From: Ruditapes philippinarum
Taxonomy: Eukaryota
DNA: 64,000 nt
Reading direction: 5' to 3'
Assembly (NCBI RefSeq): GCF_026571515.1
Contig: NW_026866679.1
Span: forward strand, 1-64,000
Every line of letters starts with the position of its first letter. Positions within the stretch are counted from its first letter, which is position 1. Positions 41,625 to 53,240 of the stretch are shown piece by piece. Below the pieces are notes generated by a model that had not been told where the DNA came from, ran no database searches, and saw only the letters and a list, made by a program, of their open reading frames with translations. A program made the translations under genes and the position numbers.

Positions 41625-44600
41625 AATGTCTAAACTACCACCGGCTGTTCATCAAGTGTTGTTATATTCCTTTCAGTTATAGAAATTGACTAGGGCGAAA
41701 CAGCGTCTTGAGATAATAGCCTTGAGTTATAACAGATCTTAATGTGGATATGTGAAGACAATTAAAGGCTAATTCATTTAGAAGGCAATATTCTATGAAG
41801 TCTTTAGCTTGCGCTTTTTTAAAAAAAAAATATTTAAGTGTAAAACGATTATCATTCGGAATGCCTTGTATGTATGCAATAATCTTTTATGTCTCAAATA
41901 GCAACACAATAATGAAGCTATAACCAATACGTCCATTATGCAGATTCATTTAAGTATAAAATTTTCAAAAATTGTACCTGATTTGAAGGGCCGTTTTTAG
42001 TGATGTATAAGCTGTAAAGTCAAAGAATCGTGGAAACATTAACAATAAAGCTGTTTTAAAGAAAAGTGCTAAACATCCTGTTAACAGCCAAAAACAAACA
42101 TTCCGGGATATTTCTTTACAAAATTACTCATTGTTGAAGATATTTTATTATGTACTTACAGAAAATGCCTGCCTCAATTAAATATTATATGCAATGCTTA
42201 TATAAAGATATTTTATATTTTTGTACCAAATAAGGTCCGACTTACTTTTTCTATTTCTATATTAACTAAATACATGACATAATTCTAGGTTTGAAACTTT
42301 ACAGGATTGAATTTTAATGCTTAACGTCACTACTAGATTTAGTATTATAGATTATATAATTAACTATATCTTACAGCTTGGAAATGATGACATACTGTCT
42401 TGTACAAACTACGATTGTCTGATTCACGTAATAACCTCTGGCTGTTCCTGAAGTTGATGTTTAATTTTGTTTCAGTCACGGAAATTGGATGACTCAATAG
42501 AACTAGGCCTGAGGAAACGAGAAATCTTTACAGCACACTTGTTGACATATGCAGACGACAAGTGACATCTTAACTTTGGTATTATATTTTCCGGAGATTC
42601 ATTTTGATTACTGTAAGTATGTCAAGTAGAAGACTATAGATGCCTCTAAGTACGATTTCCAGTGTCTCTTTAAAGGGAAAATAATCACAACATACATTTA
42701 AATGTATATACCAATACAGGTCCATATGCAAAAGATTAATTAATTTCATATTTTAAATATCTTACTAAATTTACACGTTCACGCCTGTTCCAAAACTTAA
42801 GACGGAATTATATGAATATATTTGTAATATTGTTGTTAAAACTTAGCACTGTCATTTTGTGATAATAATTGTTCTGAATATTTCTCTGTAATTAAAAGAT
42901 CTCATTCGGTTTTTGTGTCGCAATTTATCAAAACGTAAATTTGAGTTTTTATTTAAAAGGAAACTGATAAATATATGTATGAACTCAATGTATATAATAG
43001 TACAACTATCTAAATATATGATCTACATATAAACTGACAAAATATTTTCTTAAAAAGTGTAGACTAGTTTGCACATGTACTATATGACAAAAGTTTCGAA
43101 ACCACAAATCATGAATACCCGAACAATTTCTTTTCTCTTTTCCTGGAAGCAGTACTATCATTTATCCATGTTTTCTCCAAAATAAGCCACTGTTTGAGAC
43201 AAACTGGAAACGTATATAACCGAATGTTTAACTACCTAGAACACTAAATGTGAGATAGTGACAATACAAATTCTGTTTGTGAAAAAAAAAATGTAAATCA
43301 TTCATTCAGCCTGTGCTTTATTTTGATTCAATGTGTCAGGCACTCTCAATATAGGTACCTTTACAATTAAATATACATGAATACTTCTTAAAATACTCTA
43401 AAATCTTTAGAACTTACTTTCTTGTCTATGAACGCTTTTTTTCTAGAACGCACTCTAATTCAAATGCAAGAAGAGTATCATTTTGTAGATTTGAAATTAG
43501 ATTATCATTATGAAATGCCTCTGAGAAAAGTTTTATTTTTGAAATTTGAAAGTATGCTTATATTTGATATGTTCATTACCATTTAATTTTTATAAGAAAG
43601 CTTCTATTATTTATATCCCTTTATTTATAAACTTTGAAATTAAATTAGATTTTAGTTTAGTTTCGCAATTTTTATAAGCAATTTATTTGGTGGGTAATAT
43701 ATAAATAATTATTGATAAGAAATAAATCCAACACAAGATCATAAAAAGTATGATTTAAGGGTTTAATTAAAGGTTAATGTTGTCATTTGAAACCTCATAT
43801 AAAGTACAAAATGACATGATAATTTCTATCAAAAAGTACGGTATAACTTGAAACATGAGAAGTACTTGGTAATAATTAAAAAATGCCACGTATGAAAATT
43901 GCATAAGACATTAATTAAACTTAAGTGATTATTCATCCATGTGTTTTGAACAGGCTTATGACATTTACTAAACCATATCGGTGTGTAAAACCGTAGGAAC
44001 GTGGAATTCAAGGCGTATTTCAGCTTTCAGTTTGTCCCCTAACCCCCGTCTCCCACAAGCACTACTGAAACAAATAAGTGAATTCTTTTCAAACAGGTTT
44101 TCCAATTATAACTCAATATTGTTTGCCAAACTGTACTGATTTTATCAATTAAATAGCGTTCCTATAGATTAAGATTATTAGAGGTTTATATTTTTTGGTC
44201 CTTCGAGATCATTGATTCAATCACTATTAAGTTTTGAAAATTGAGTACCGCTCAAGTCGGTGCTAGCGGGGTGAGGGACGTTCGTTGCACTTTTTCATTA
44301 TCCCTCATCTACAGATTCGATCAAAGCGCGTCTGCAATGTTCATGCAATTTTGTTGTCATTAAGGCTTCCGAGGGATTACTTTTTTTCGAAAATGAGATG
44401 CCAAGAACGTTAACAGACACTTACCAAAAGTAAAAGCTTCTTCATAGTAAGTGCATTAGGACAAAACCGTTCATATTTCTTCTCGGCTCAAAAAGCCTTC
44501 TCATGTTTAAGAGCAGAATGACAATGCCAAGAATAATAATGAGGGTAATGTCTTCAGCCAATTTGTTTACGAAGTGCGGTATCTTTAAATATCTAAATAT

Positions 44601-46170
44601 CTTTATCGATTGGTATGTGAAGGAGGTTTATCTTGTGATTTCTGTATTCATTAAACAAGCCTTGTGCATTTGAGCATATTTAGTCAGGCATTTGGTGAAT
44701 CAATTTCTATAAAATTGTATCTTACGTGCAGTGGAGTAAATTATTTACACTGTCTATTATAGACAGCTTGCATAATTATGAAAATTGTTTATTGTAATTG
44801 AAAGTACTTGATGCTAAAAAATACAAGTTTGAAGCTTAAGTTGAAATTTAGATTATGGACAAGCACAAAATTTATTAATCTTTGAAAATATGGAGACTGC
44901 ATACAACACTTCGTTCGTTCGAGTTACAATCGACATGGTCTTAAAATTAATCAATTACAAATTATTTTTAAAGGCGAATAGGAATTATTTAATGTTTCCG
45001 TTTTTACAAACGCAGACTGTCTGGATGTCAAACTTACCGCCGACTGTCTATATAATGATGTTTTATTTTCCTCAAGTCACAGAAATTGACTGGGTCAGAA
45101 AAATGAAGTTCTTGAAAAATTACAGAGCTCAATGTAAACACGTGAAGACGATAAGTGGCAATTTGTTTTACAGGAAACTTTTTTTCATAATTATTTTCTG
45201 TATGTTTTTGTTCCCAGAACTTTCTTGAGGCGATTGTGTCTATTGTTCTAAGAGCTACTTAATTAAGCAAAAACTGTGAATATTTACTTTGGAATATAAT
45301 GACTTTCGCTAAGAGACTGGCATTAATATTTTAAAGACAAAACTTATTGATATAAATACTAATTTTGTACATTTTATGTATTTTTGTCTTTTTATAAGGA
45401 CGATAGTATAAAGACTTGTTAAGTAAAGAAAACTAATTAAGCTAGTGCAACTCATTTAAGTTAAAATCTCCTGTAAAAAAGTACCAACTATCTTTTTACG
45501 GAATGAAAAACATCTTGCAATCATTTCATTATAAGAAATATATCATTATGATAGCCTATGGACGAAACTGGATGATTTTATGAAATATTTACCTCAGTGC
45601 ATATCCTTATGCTCTTCTATCTATTTATAGCCAATGTATAGCCAACATTGTCTGATTTACTTCTTGAATTATACTAATTCTTACACTATTCGGTTGGATA
45701 TTGACTTGATACATGTTGATTGTAATAGCATTGAAAGTTGCCAAAATAATACAAGACAGGTTATTGAATAACTGACTGTAACCTTACAGTTCACTTTATA
45801 TTATATCCCTGTGTTGTAAAATGTACGATTGTATGATTCCCCCGGCTGTTTTTGAAGTTGATGTTTTACTTTGTTTCAGTCACGGAAACTTGCTGGCTCA
45901 ATAGAACTAAGCCTGGAGATACAACAATCGTTCTAGCTCACTTGTTGACATACGTAGACAGCAAGTGACATCTTAACTAAGGTAAATATTGCCTTGGAAA
46001 TTATTTGTTTGTTTACGAACATAGAAGTCTAGGAGAATATAAATGTTTTTTTTTTTATAAAAAGTACATGTTGAATTATTTATCTGCATAAGATATTCAT
46101 TATTACCATACCCTTCCTTATACTTTAATTATTTAAACTAAAAGCTTAAGACAGATTACATAAACATTTT
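41625..46170 (+). repeat. Old tandem duplication (~3.4-kb offset) with four related acceptor-like units at ~41630, 42435, 45030 and 45835
   Basis: Related c[ct]g[ga]ctgt...tgtt...agt[ct]a[ct][ag]gaaa motif at all four sites. 42435-42580 aligns with 45835-45985. Confidence 0.7.
44255..44355. repeat. Inverted copy of the Penelope-associated double-hairpin repeat
   Basis: Reverse complement of 52865-52950. Confidence 0.7.
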
Positions 46171-47925
46171 TGTAGTATTGTGTTTACGATTATTTCTGGG
46201 AATATCACTAATTGTTTTCTTTGTGATTCTTACTATCTTATTTCTCATTTACAAATATAGCGACATTATTCCTTAACATAAATGTTCATTGTTCTAATTT
46301 CTTTTTACAAAACTATACTACTGCGATTTTTATTTATTTATTTTCAGAAAAATAAATGCATTTTAACAAATGGTTCTCTTGGAGGTATCCATTTTCATTT
46401 CAATTATTGAAACAGGAACATACATCATTGAACTGTACCGGTACTTTTGCCTGGACAGTATGAAATATATTCAGCATTAACTCATAATTTCATATATTAA
46501 CATTATTTTGATTTTAAATTAACAGATAATGTGATTTTAACACATAATAATCATGCAAGAATAGTGAACTTTGTGATGGTAAAACGCCTTTATTAATGTT
46601 AAAGTAAAAACAAAAAAACAGATTTTTTTATAATTGTAAATTTTAATAAGTATTTTAGGAAAAAAGATTGAAAAAAATGAATCTTTTGAAATTGTGTAGT
46701 TCGCGGCAAGAAATAGCAATCTCAATCATTGCAATGTGCTAAGAATTAATGAACTGTCAATTATATTATACATAATTTTGTTAGACTGACGTACTAACTG
46801 ACATGTCTTCAATTGATTGTAAAATGAAACCCAAATAATCTAATATTTGAATGAAGATTGAGTTACGGAAAAGAAGGCATGGGTGGGTTAAATCAGTTGA
46901 AATGAAAGCTTATTGAATGTGAATGATAGGAATCATTACTTACTTTGTAACAAGCATAACGACATTGTTGGGATATATATGTTCTTCGTGAATGTTTCAT
47001 GAAATACTCTATTAACGTCCTCAAAATCAGGTACAAAATAATTCTCTTCTTTTTATGAAAAACGGCTGGTGCCCTACTTGTCCTACAGGGGTTGGTTAGA
47101 AAATTCACTTTTCGCGCTTTCTAACGCAGTTAACTACGGGACGTAAAAGCAACCGTCATGCGATCGAATCAGACTTGCTTCAAACTTGTACTGTCCGCCA
47201 TGGTTTTAATTGTAACTTTCAGCGTGTTTAAATAAGCCTCATTTTATATTCTTTAACATACGTTCATATATTGACGTTAAAAACCGCACCGTATATAATT
47301 AATCTAGGAAATCATCCTAGGAATTTTAAAATAATACTTATATTGTGATTTGAGTAAAAATATCAATTGAATGATTTTTGGTCATTCATTTGTAATAATA
47401 TCTAATTTGGTTTTCAAAGGAGATTTTATCAACACATTTATATTATATATTCATTATATTTCTTCATATACATTTATATAGTTGTTTGTGTACATGTATT
47501 TTCGACTATTTAAATGCACAGCTGAGGGTAGAAACAAAATGGATTATCTGAGCATAGTAGCTTCAGGAAAAGATATTTTATTTCAATTTATCGTTTGCAC
47601 ATTTTATTTTAAAAGATGGATATGATAAAATGGCATGAACATTTATTTTGTAACATTTGTAATAAACATTTTCCAAATATATATCATCTTTTAAAGATTG
47701 TGTTGCTAATTAAAAAAACTACAAAAACATAACGATATATTAGTATTAATAGCTAATGAAACGGTTTGGATTTTATTCATTTCAGAAAAGCATTGCCAAT
47801 TTCTTATATTGGTATAAATTGAAATTTAAAGATAACCGTACTTTACAAAACAAAACACAGAATATGGATGACGACTCTTTTTATTATTTTAACCACAATC
47901 AATGAAACAAGTTTATAATACTTAC

Positions 47926-48028
47926 CAACAGGTATCGTTAATCCTTTATATGATGCTTGTTTAACTCCAGAACAAATAAAAAAACTCAAACCCAAAAACG
48001 CATGTGTGAATAAAGACTTATAGATCAT
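47926..48028 (-). CDS. Alternative first coding exon D: MIYKSLFTHAFLGLSFFICSGVKQASYKGLTIPV-G
   Basis: aaaATG start, 34 codons + 1 nt, phase-1 donor G/gtaagt. Corresponds to the first half of ORF-track entry 47843..48028. Confidence 0.83.
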
Positions 48029-48639
48029 TTTACCATCTGTTCACCTTTGAAGGTCAATGGTTATCTACTTTGAAAAATAAAATTCAAAATTTGTATCAAA
48101 GCCAATTCAATTTGTCACAAGAATCCGCGTGTTCAAAGTTATTTTATGTCCCGCTTAATCATATATTGCATTCTTGAAAAATCACGTGAGTTCATATCTG
48201 CAATGAAAGTTTAGCATTTATATAAATTAATTCACACTGTATGAGTGAAATCAGTTTTGTCATGTAATAAAGCTTGATTTTTTATAAAGCTTGATTTTTT
48301 CAATTAGTATACATAAATTTTGTTCCAAAAAGGTATTGATTTGAAAGCATTCATTCAACACATTTAAGTTGTTTTGTTTATTCCATAGATATTATTATTG
48401 TTTTCCACTGAAACAGTCAACAAATGAAAGACAATATAACAGATGCATAGATGAAAAACCATCCAATTCCTGTAAGAAACAACATAGAGATTATAGTTAG
48501 CTATTCTAACCATATAAGCTTATAATCATTGTCATAATCTAAGAATTATACACGTTATATTCCATTAGCACACATGATTGTCTTTTATGTCGTGACTTAG
48601 AGGATTTTAATTATACACATGAGAATCTAAAAAAAAGTT

Positions 48640-48715
48640 CTCTCTAAAGGATAGATACTGTTAGAAAACGATATCCGATATTCTGTAAGAGAACATGAAA
48701 CTTAATTTTAACTTC
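48640..48715 (-). promoter_or_regulatory. Diverged upstream module of exon D
   Basis: tccgatattctgtaagagaa at 48674; the second half has decayed to taact at 48709; 646 bp upstream of the ATG. Confidence 0.45.
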
Positions 48716-49979
48716 CTTTTCATTAAAATAACACTTAAACGGTCATTTAAAATGGATATTAAATGAATACTAACTAAAATGGAAAGGAAAATCATTTTAT
48801 TTTAACTCTTGATATAAAGAAGTTTTTTTTTAAAGTAGTAGTTTCTGCTCGAAAAAAAAAACAAACAAACACACACATTGATTCGCGAGTGCTTATTAGC
48901 AATACAACAATTATGATGTTTCAAAATATACTATCATTACATTAAATATCAAAGTAATTATACAAGACTCGGGTGTGCGTATGAAGTCCATAAAAACATC
49001 GTTATTTTACAAACCTTACACATTCTCTACAAAAAGCGGTAGATGTCTGAAGCAGTTCAGAGTCAGCCAAATGTTATGTCGTTGGCATTCATCGTTCGTC
49101 TTACAAAGCTTGACATAATTTCTTTAAAATCGCGTGACCTATTTGTTTGCGGTGTTCGTTTTTAGCTGATCTCGAAAGATTTCAACTTCTTATGCGTTTC
49201 ATAAATTTATAAAAAGCAAAACTATCTAATAAAATATAAAGATACCACTATTCCAATTAAAAGAACAATGGAATGTTACTTATTTTTTGTATCAGGAACA
49301 AACTTTGTTGACAATTTCGGAGATAACAGGTTGTATCTTAATGAAAAAGTGAAAATATTTTTGAAGCAATACTTCTTCATTTTTATTATCAGACTGAAAT
49401 ATTTTATCGCTTGAAGAACTATATTTTAGAGAAACATGTAACATTGATCTCAAAACAATACTTTCCTTTATTTTAATTATTCTACATTATACACTTTTAT
49501 TTTCACGGTGTCAACTTTTTAAACGAATTGTTTTGCGTTTTATAAAGCTAATTCTGATTTAAATAGTAGGATTTCATTGTCCTGTTAGGCTAGTGACTTG
49601 CATGTAATTAACAGTGTATTCCAAAAATCAAGATCAAAATTCAAGCAAAATTTGAATCCTTGTAGAGACAGACTACCGTAGACAACGATTTTGTCTTGCA
49701 AACACCTCATAGCTAATGCATTTATTTGACTGTCTAACGTCACTCACAGATAGATATATTTAGTCTTGCAGCTATTTCCGAAATGTTGAATTTTTCATGA
49801 GAATAATTGAATTGAAATGTTTACTTTACTTTTTAAGGAAATTTACAGCACTAGAGTTGTCAATTCCGTAAAGTACTATTAATAATATAGTTTGCTGGAA
49901 ATACACAATGTATATTTTTCATTCTGTTAGTTATATACTGCAAATGTTTCGTCTTATATACGCTCGAAGCATACAATGA

Positions 49980-52900
49980 TGTTTTCATGGAGGGTACTGG
50001 AAAGTGCAATGTTCCATTCACGCCCCTAGCACCGGCTTAAGGAGAATTAAACATATAAACACGAAAGAGGTGAAAAAGCATCCGCAGATGTGTCCATACG
50101 GCGGTTATTATAGAACCTTAAATGTGACATAGTGGTGCTATTCTATGAAAAGCGGCTAATGGTCCCAAAGTTAAATAATACATGTGCCCTAAACGAGAAA
50201 ACAATGGGCGGAACTAAATAAAATGAAATTTTGAAAGGGGTCTGAGGTTGTGGTTATGTAAAACAATAAGAATAAAGATCAACACGGCAAAGGCAAAGTT
50301 CACAGGACGCGGCCCCGACACACCCAAATAGAGAAAATAAGAATCCCTAAAGAATCCTGCCACCACAGCAGGACACTCAGAAAGCACAATACCGATACCG
50401 GGAGTGGACATAAACGCGGGAAAAGGAGGAGAGGGACATGTAATGTGTGAAATAATAAAAACTAAAACGGGCCCGTTGTAAGGCTGAAAATGGGGGAAGG
50501 ATGAAAAATGGGAGAAGGTGGGGCGGGGGAATACTTACTGTTAACGACAATTTAATAAGGTAGATATCACGGGGGGTGAATACTTACTGTTAACGACAAT
50601 TTAATAAGGTAGATATCACAAGACATATAAACATTCAAAACAAGTAACAAAATAGACATGTGAAACACGTGAAGGAACACAGAGGGGTACCGCCTTGGAA
50701 CAGTGAGTGGTAGTTACACCACTGGGGAGTTTAAACGGATTTTAGGTACGCCAAACCTCTTTTTTAGTACCAATATATTCCTATATGACACGACAGTATA
50801 AATAGAATTAATCCCTGCCTACTAAAATACTAAAAAGTGGTCATGGTAGCATTATATGAAATTAATAAACGCATCAATAATGTGAAAATATGTACAAAAA
50901 GGCACAGCCTTGTGACCATTACCAAAGTACTCTATGCCTTAAAGGAAGACAAGAAAATCACTTACAAGGGCCTGGCGAAGCAAGACAAAAATATGATAAG
51001 TAAATAGATAAAAACAGAATCCCTAAAGAAAGCCCAACATGGCAAAATTGAAAATGTTGCAGACTCGGTTTGATTGAGCCTGTTCATGGACGGTACTGGA
51101 AAGTGCAAGTTACCGTCCACGCCCCCTAGCACCGGCTTAAGCAGAATGCAACATTTAAACATGAAATAGTAAAATTTTGAATTTAGAAACATTCGCAGAT
51201 GTGTACGGCGGTTATCATGGAACCTTCAATGTGACACTTCCATGGTCGGCGTTCAATGAACGCAACCCCCATACGACCCAGCAACAAGAACCAGTGGCAA
51301 GGCTTTGAGAACTTTTCATCATAGAGTCTCCAACTAAAATATGATAAACAAGATCGACAAGGAAAGGCGGCATTCAATGAACGCAGCCCCCACCAGACCC
51401 AGCAACAAGCGCCAGCGGCCAGGAGCCCAGGGGGACCCCAAAGAAAAACAGGACAGGGCACAAGGCAGAGTACGGACAGGCAAACCACTACATCAGAATA
51501 CATAATAAGTAACTTATAAGGAAATAAAACAAAACATATAAATGATTTAATATAAGGGCCACAATGTCAAAAGGCACAGGGGAAGGGGACAAGAGACACG
51601 GGGAAGGGGGGGGGAAGATAAAATAAATATAAACCAGGGACAAAGGGAAGATACTTACCGTAGACGAGAAACAACAAGAGACACGAGCAAAAGTGTCACC
51701 AAAACAGTATAAAACAACATAGACATACATCTGAGGAACACAGAGGGGCGCCGCATTGGAACGGTCAGCAACATTATAATGACTACTGGGGAGTTTAAAC
51801 CGGTTAATGGTGCACCAAACCTCGCTCTTAGCCCCACCATGTTCCTATAAACGAGACAGTGTAAATAAAATGAATCCCCGCCAAGTGAAATTCTAACAGT
51901 TGTTATGGTTACAAAAGGTTAAATAAGTAAAACACCAAAATGATCATGTAGAAACATATAAAAGTAAACCCAATGACCATAACAAAAGTACTCGATGTCT
52001 TAAAGGAAGACAGAGCAACAAGAAAATCACCTACAAGGGCCCGACGAAGCAAGACAGAAGACAAACATTAAGGCAATTCAGTCCCAAAGGGCTTTAAGAA
52101 CTGTCCATCATATAGTCTCCCACTTGGCCCGTCAGATGTAATCAAAAGAGGAAAGCTAGTGTCCAACTGTAAATGGGTTGAACACTAAGCATGCGGTATG
52201 CCTTAAAATAGTAGGGTCATAACCCCTTTTAATAAAACGTTTTATAATTTTAGTAAACACAACAGAAAAATTACAATGACCCAAGATCTTACGAAGTTTG
52301 TAAACCACATCACCGTAAAAATCAGGCTGGCTAATCCTTTGTCGCAGAAGTGTTTTTTTTTTAGATCACTATTGAATTTTGAAATTAAATCAAAGTTACG
52401 ATTGTAAAATTTTGTAAAATATTTACGTAATTAATAATAGCGGTAGCCCAGTTTTAGAAGCTTACCGGTAATGAAAATATTTCGCTCGTTAAAATCCTTG
52501 ACGTTGCTACAAGCTCAAATATTAGACACCATTTGATCCGACAAGGAAAGGCGGCATTCAATGAACGTAGCCCCCACCCGACCCAGCAACAAGCGGCAAG
52601 GAGCCCAGGAGGACCCCAAAGAAAACTAAGTCCGTCAAATGTTATTAAAAGAGGAATGCGTAACGTCTAACTGTATAAGGGTTGAACACTAAGCATGCGG
52701 TATGCCTTAAAATAATTGGGTGATAACCTCTTTTAATAAAACGTTTGATAATTTAATTAAGTGAAGACAGCAGAAAAATTACTATGACCATTGATCCTAC
52801 AAAGTGTGTAAAAATCTTGAAACAAAGTGATCCATCGGAAGCATTAATCACAACAAAATTACATGAAAATTGCAGACTCGGTTTGACTGAGTCTGTACAT

Positions 52901-53240
52901 GAGGGATAATGAATAAGTGCAACATCCCTCACGCCCCTAGCACCAGCATTGAACGCCGCCTTTCATTGTTGATCTTGTTTATCATATTTTGAGCAGTACT
53001 CAATTCTCAACACTTAATAGTTCTGGCATCAATGATCCTGAAGGACCAGAAAAATATAACTAAACAACAAAAAACAAGAATAAAGATCAACAAGGCAAAG
53101 GCAACGTTCACAGGACGCGGCCCCCGACACAGTCAAAAAACCTAGAGCGGACATAAGGGTGAAAGGGGTGGGACATGTAATGTGAAATAATATCAACTAA
53201 AACGGTCCCATAAGGGAATTAAAGGGATAAGTACTGTAAG
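49980..53240 (-). mobile_element. Cluster of rearranged Penelope-like (probably Naiad-type) retroelement fragments, UTR/pLTR-like segments
   Basis: Two diverged copies of ggaacacagagggg..ccgc.ttggaac...actggggagtttaaac (50670-51040, 51730-52060). Repeated gacaaggaaaggcggcattcaatgaacg blocks. Adjacent RT remnant. Confidence 0.7.
52110..52515 (-). pseudogene. Penelope-like reverse transcriptase C-terminal remnant (second partial copy at 52630-52815)
   Basis: ACSNVKDFNERNIFITGKLLKLGYRYY*LRKYFTKFY...ISQPDFYGDVVYKLRKI...LRHTACLVFNPFTV resembles the thumb region of molluscan PLE RTs. It has in-frame stops and a break at an A-run. Confidence 0.85.

Noticed and set aside
51183-51840. Overlapping minus-strand ORFs of 61-106 aa
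   Set aside because: They lie in purine-skewed retroelement UTR repeats and show no domain features.
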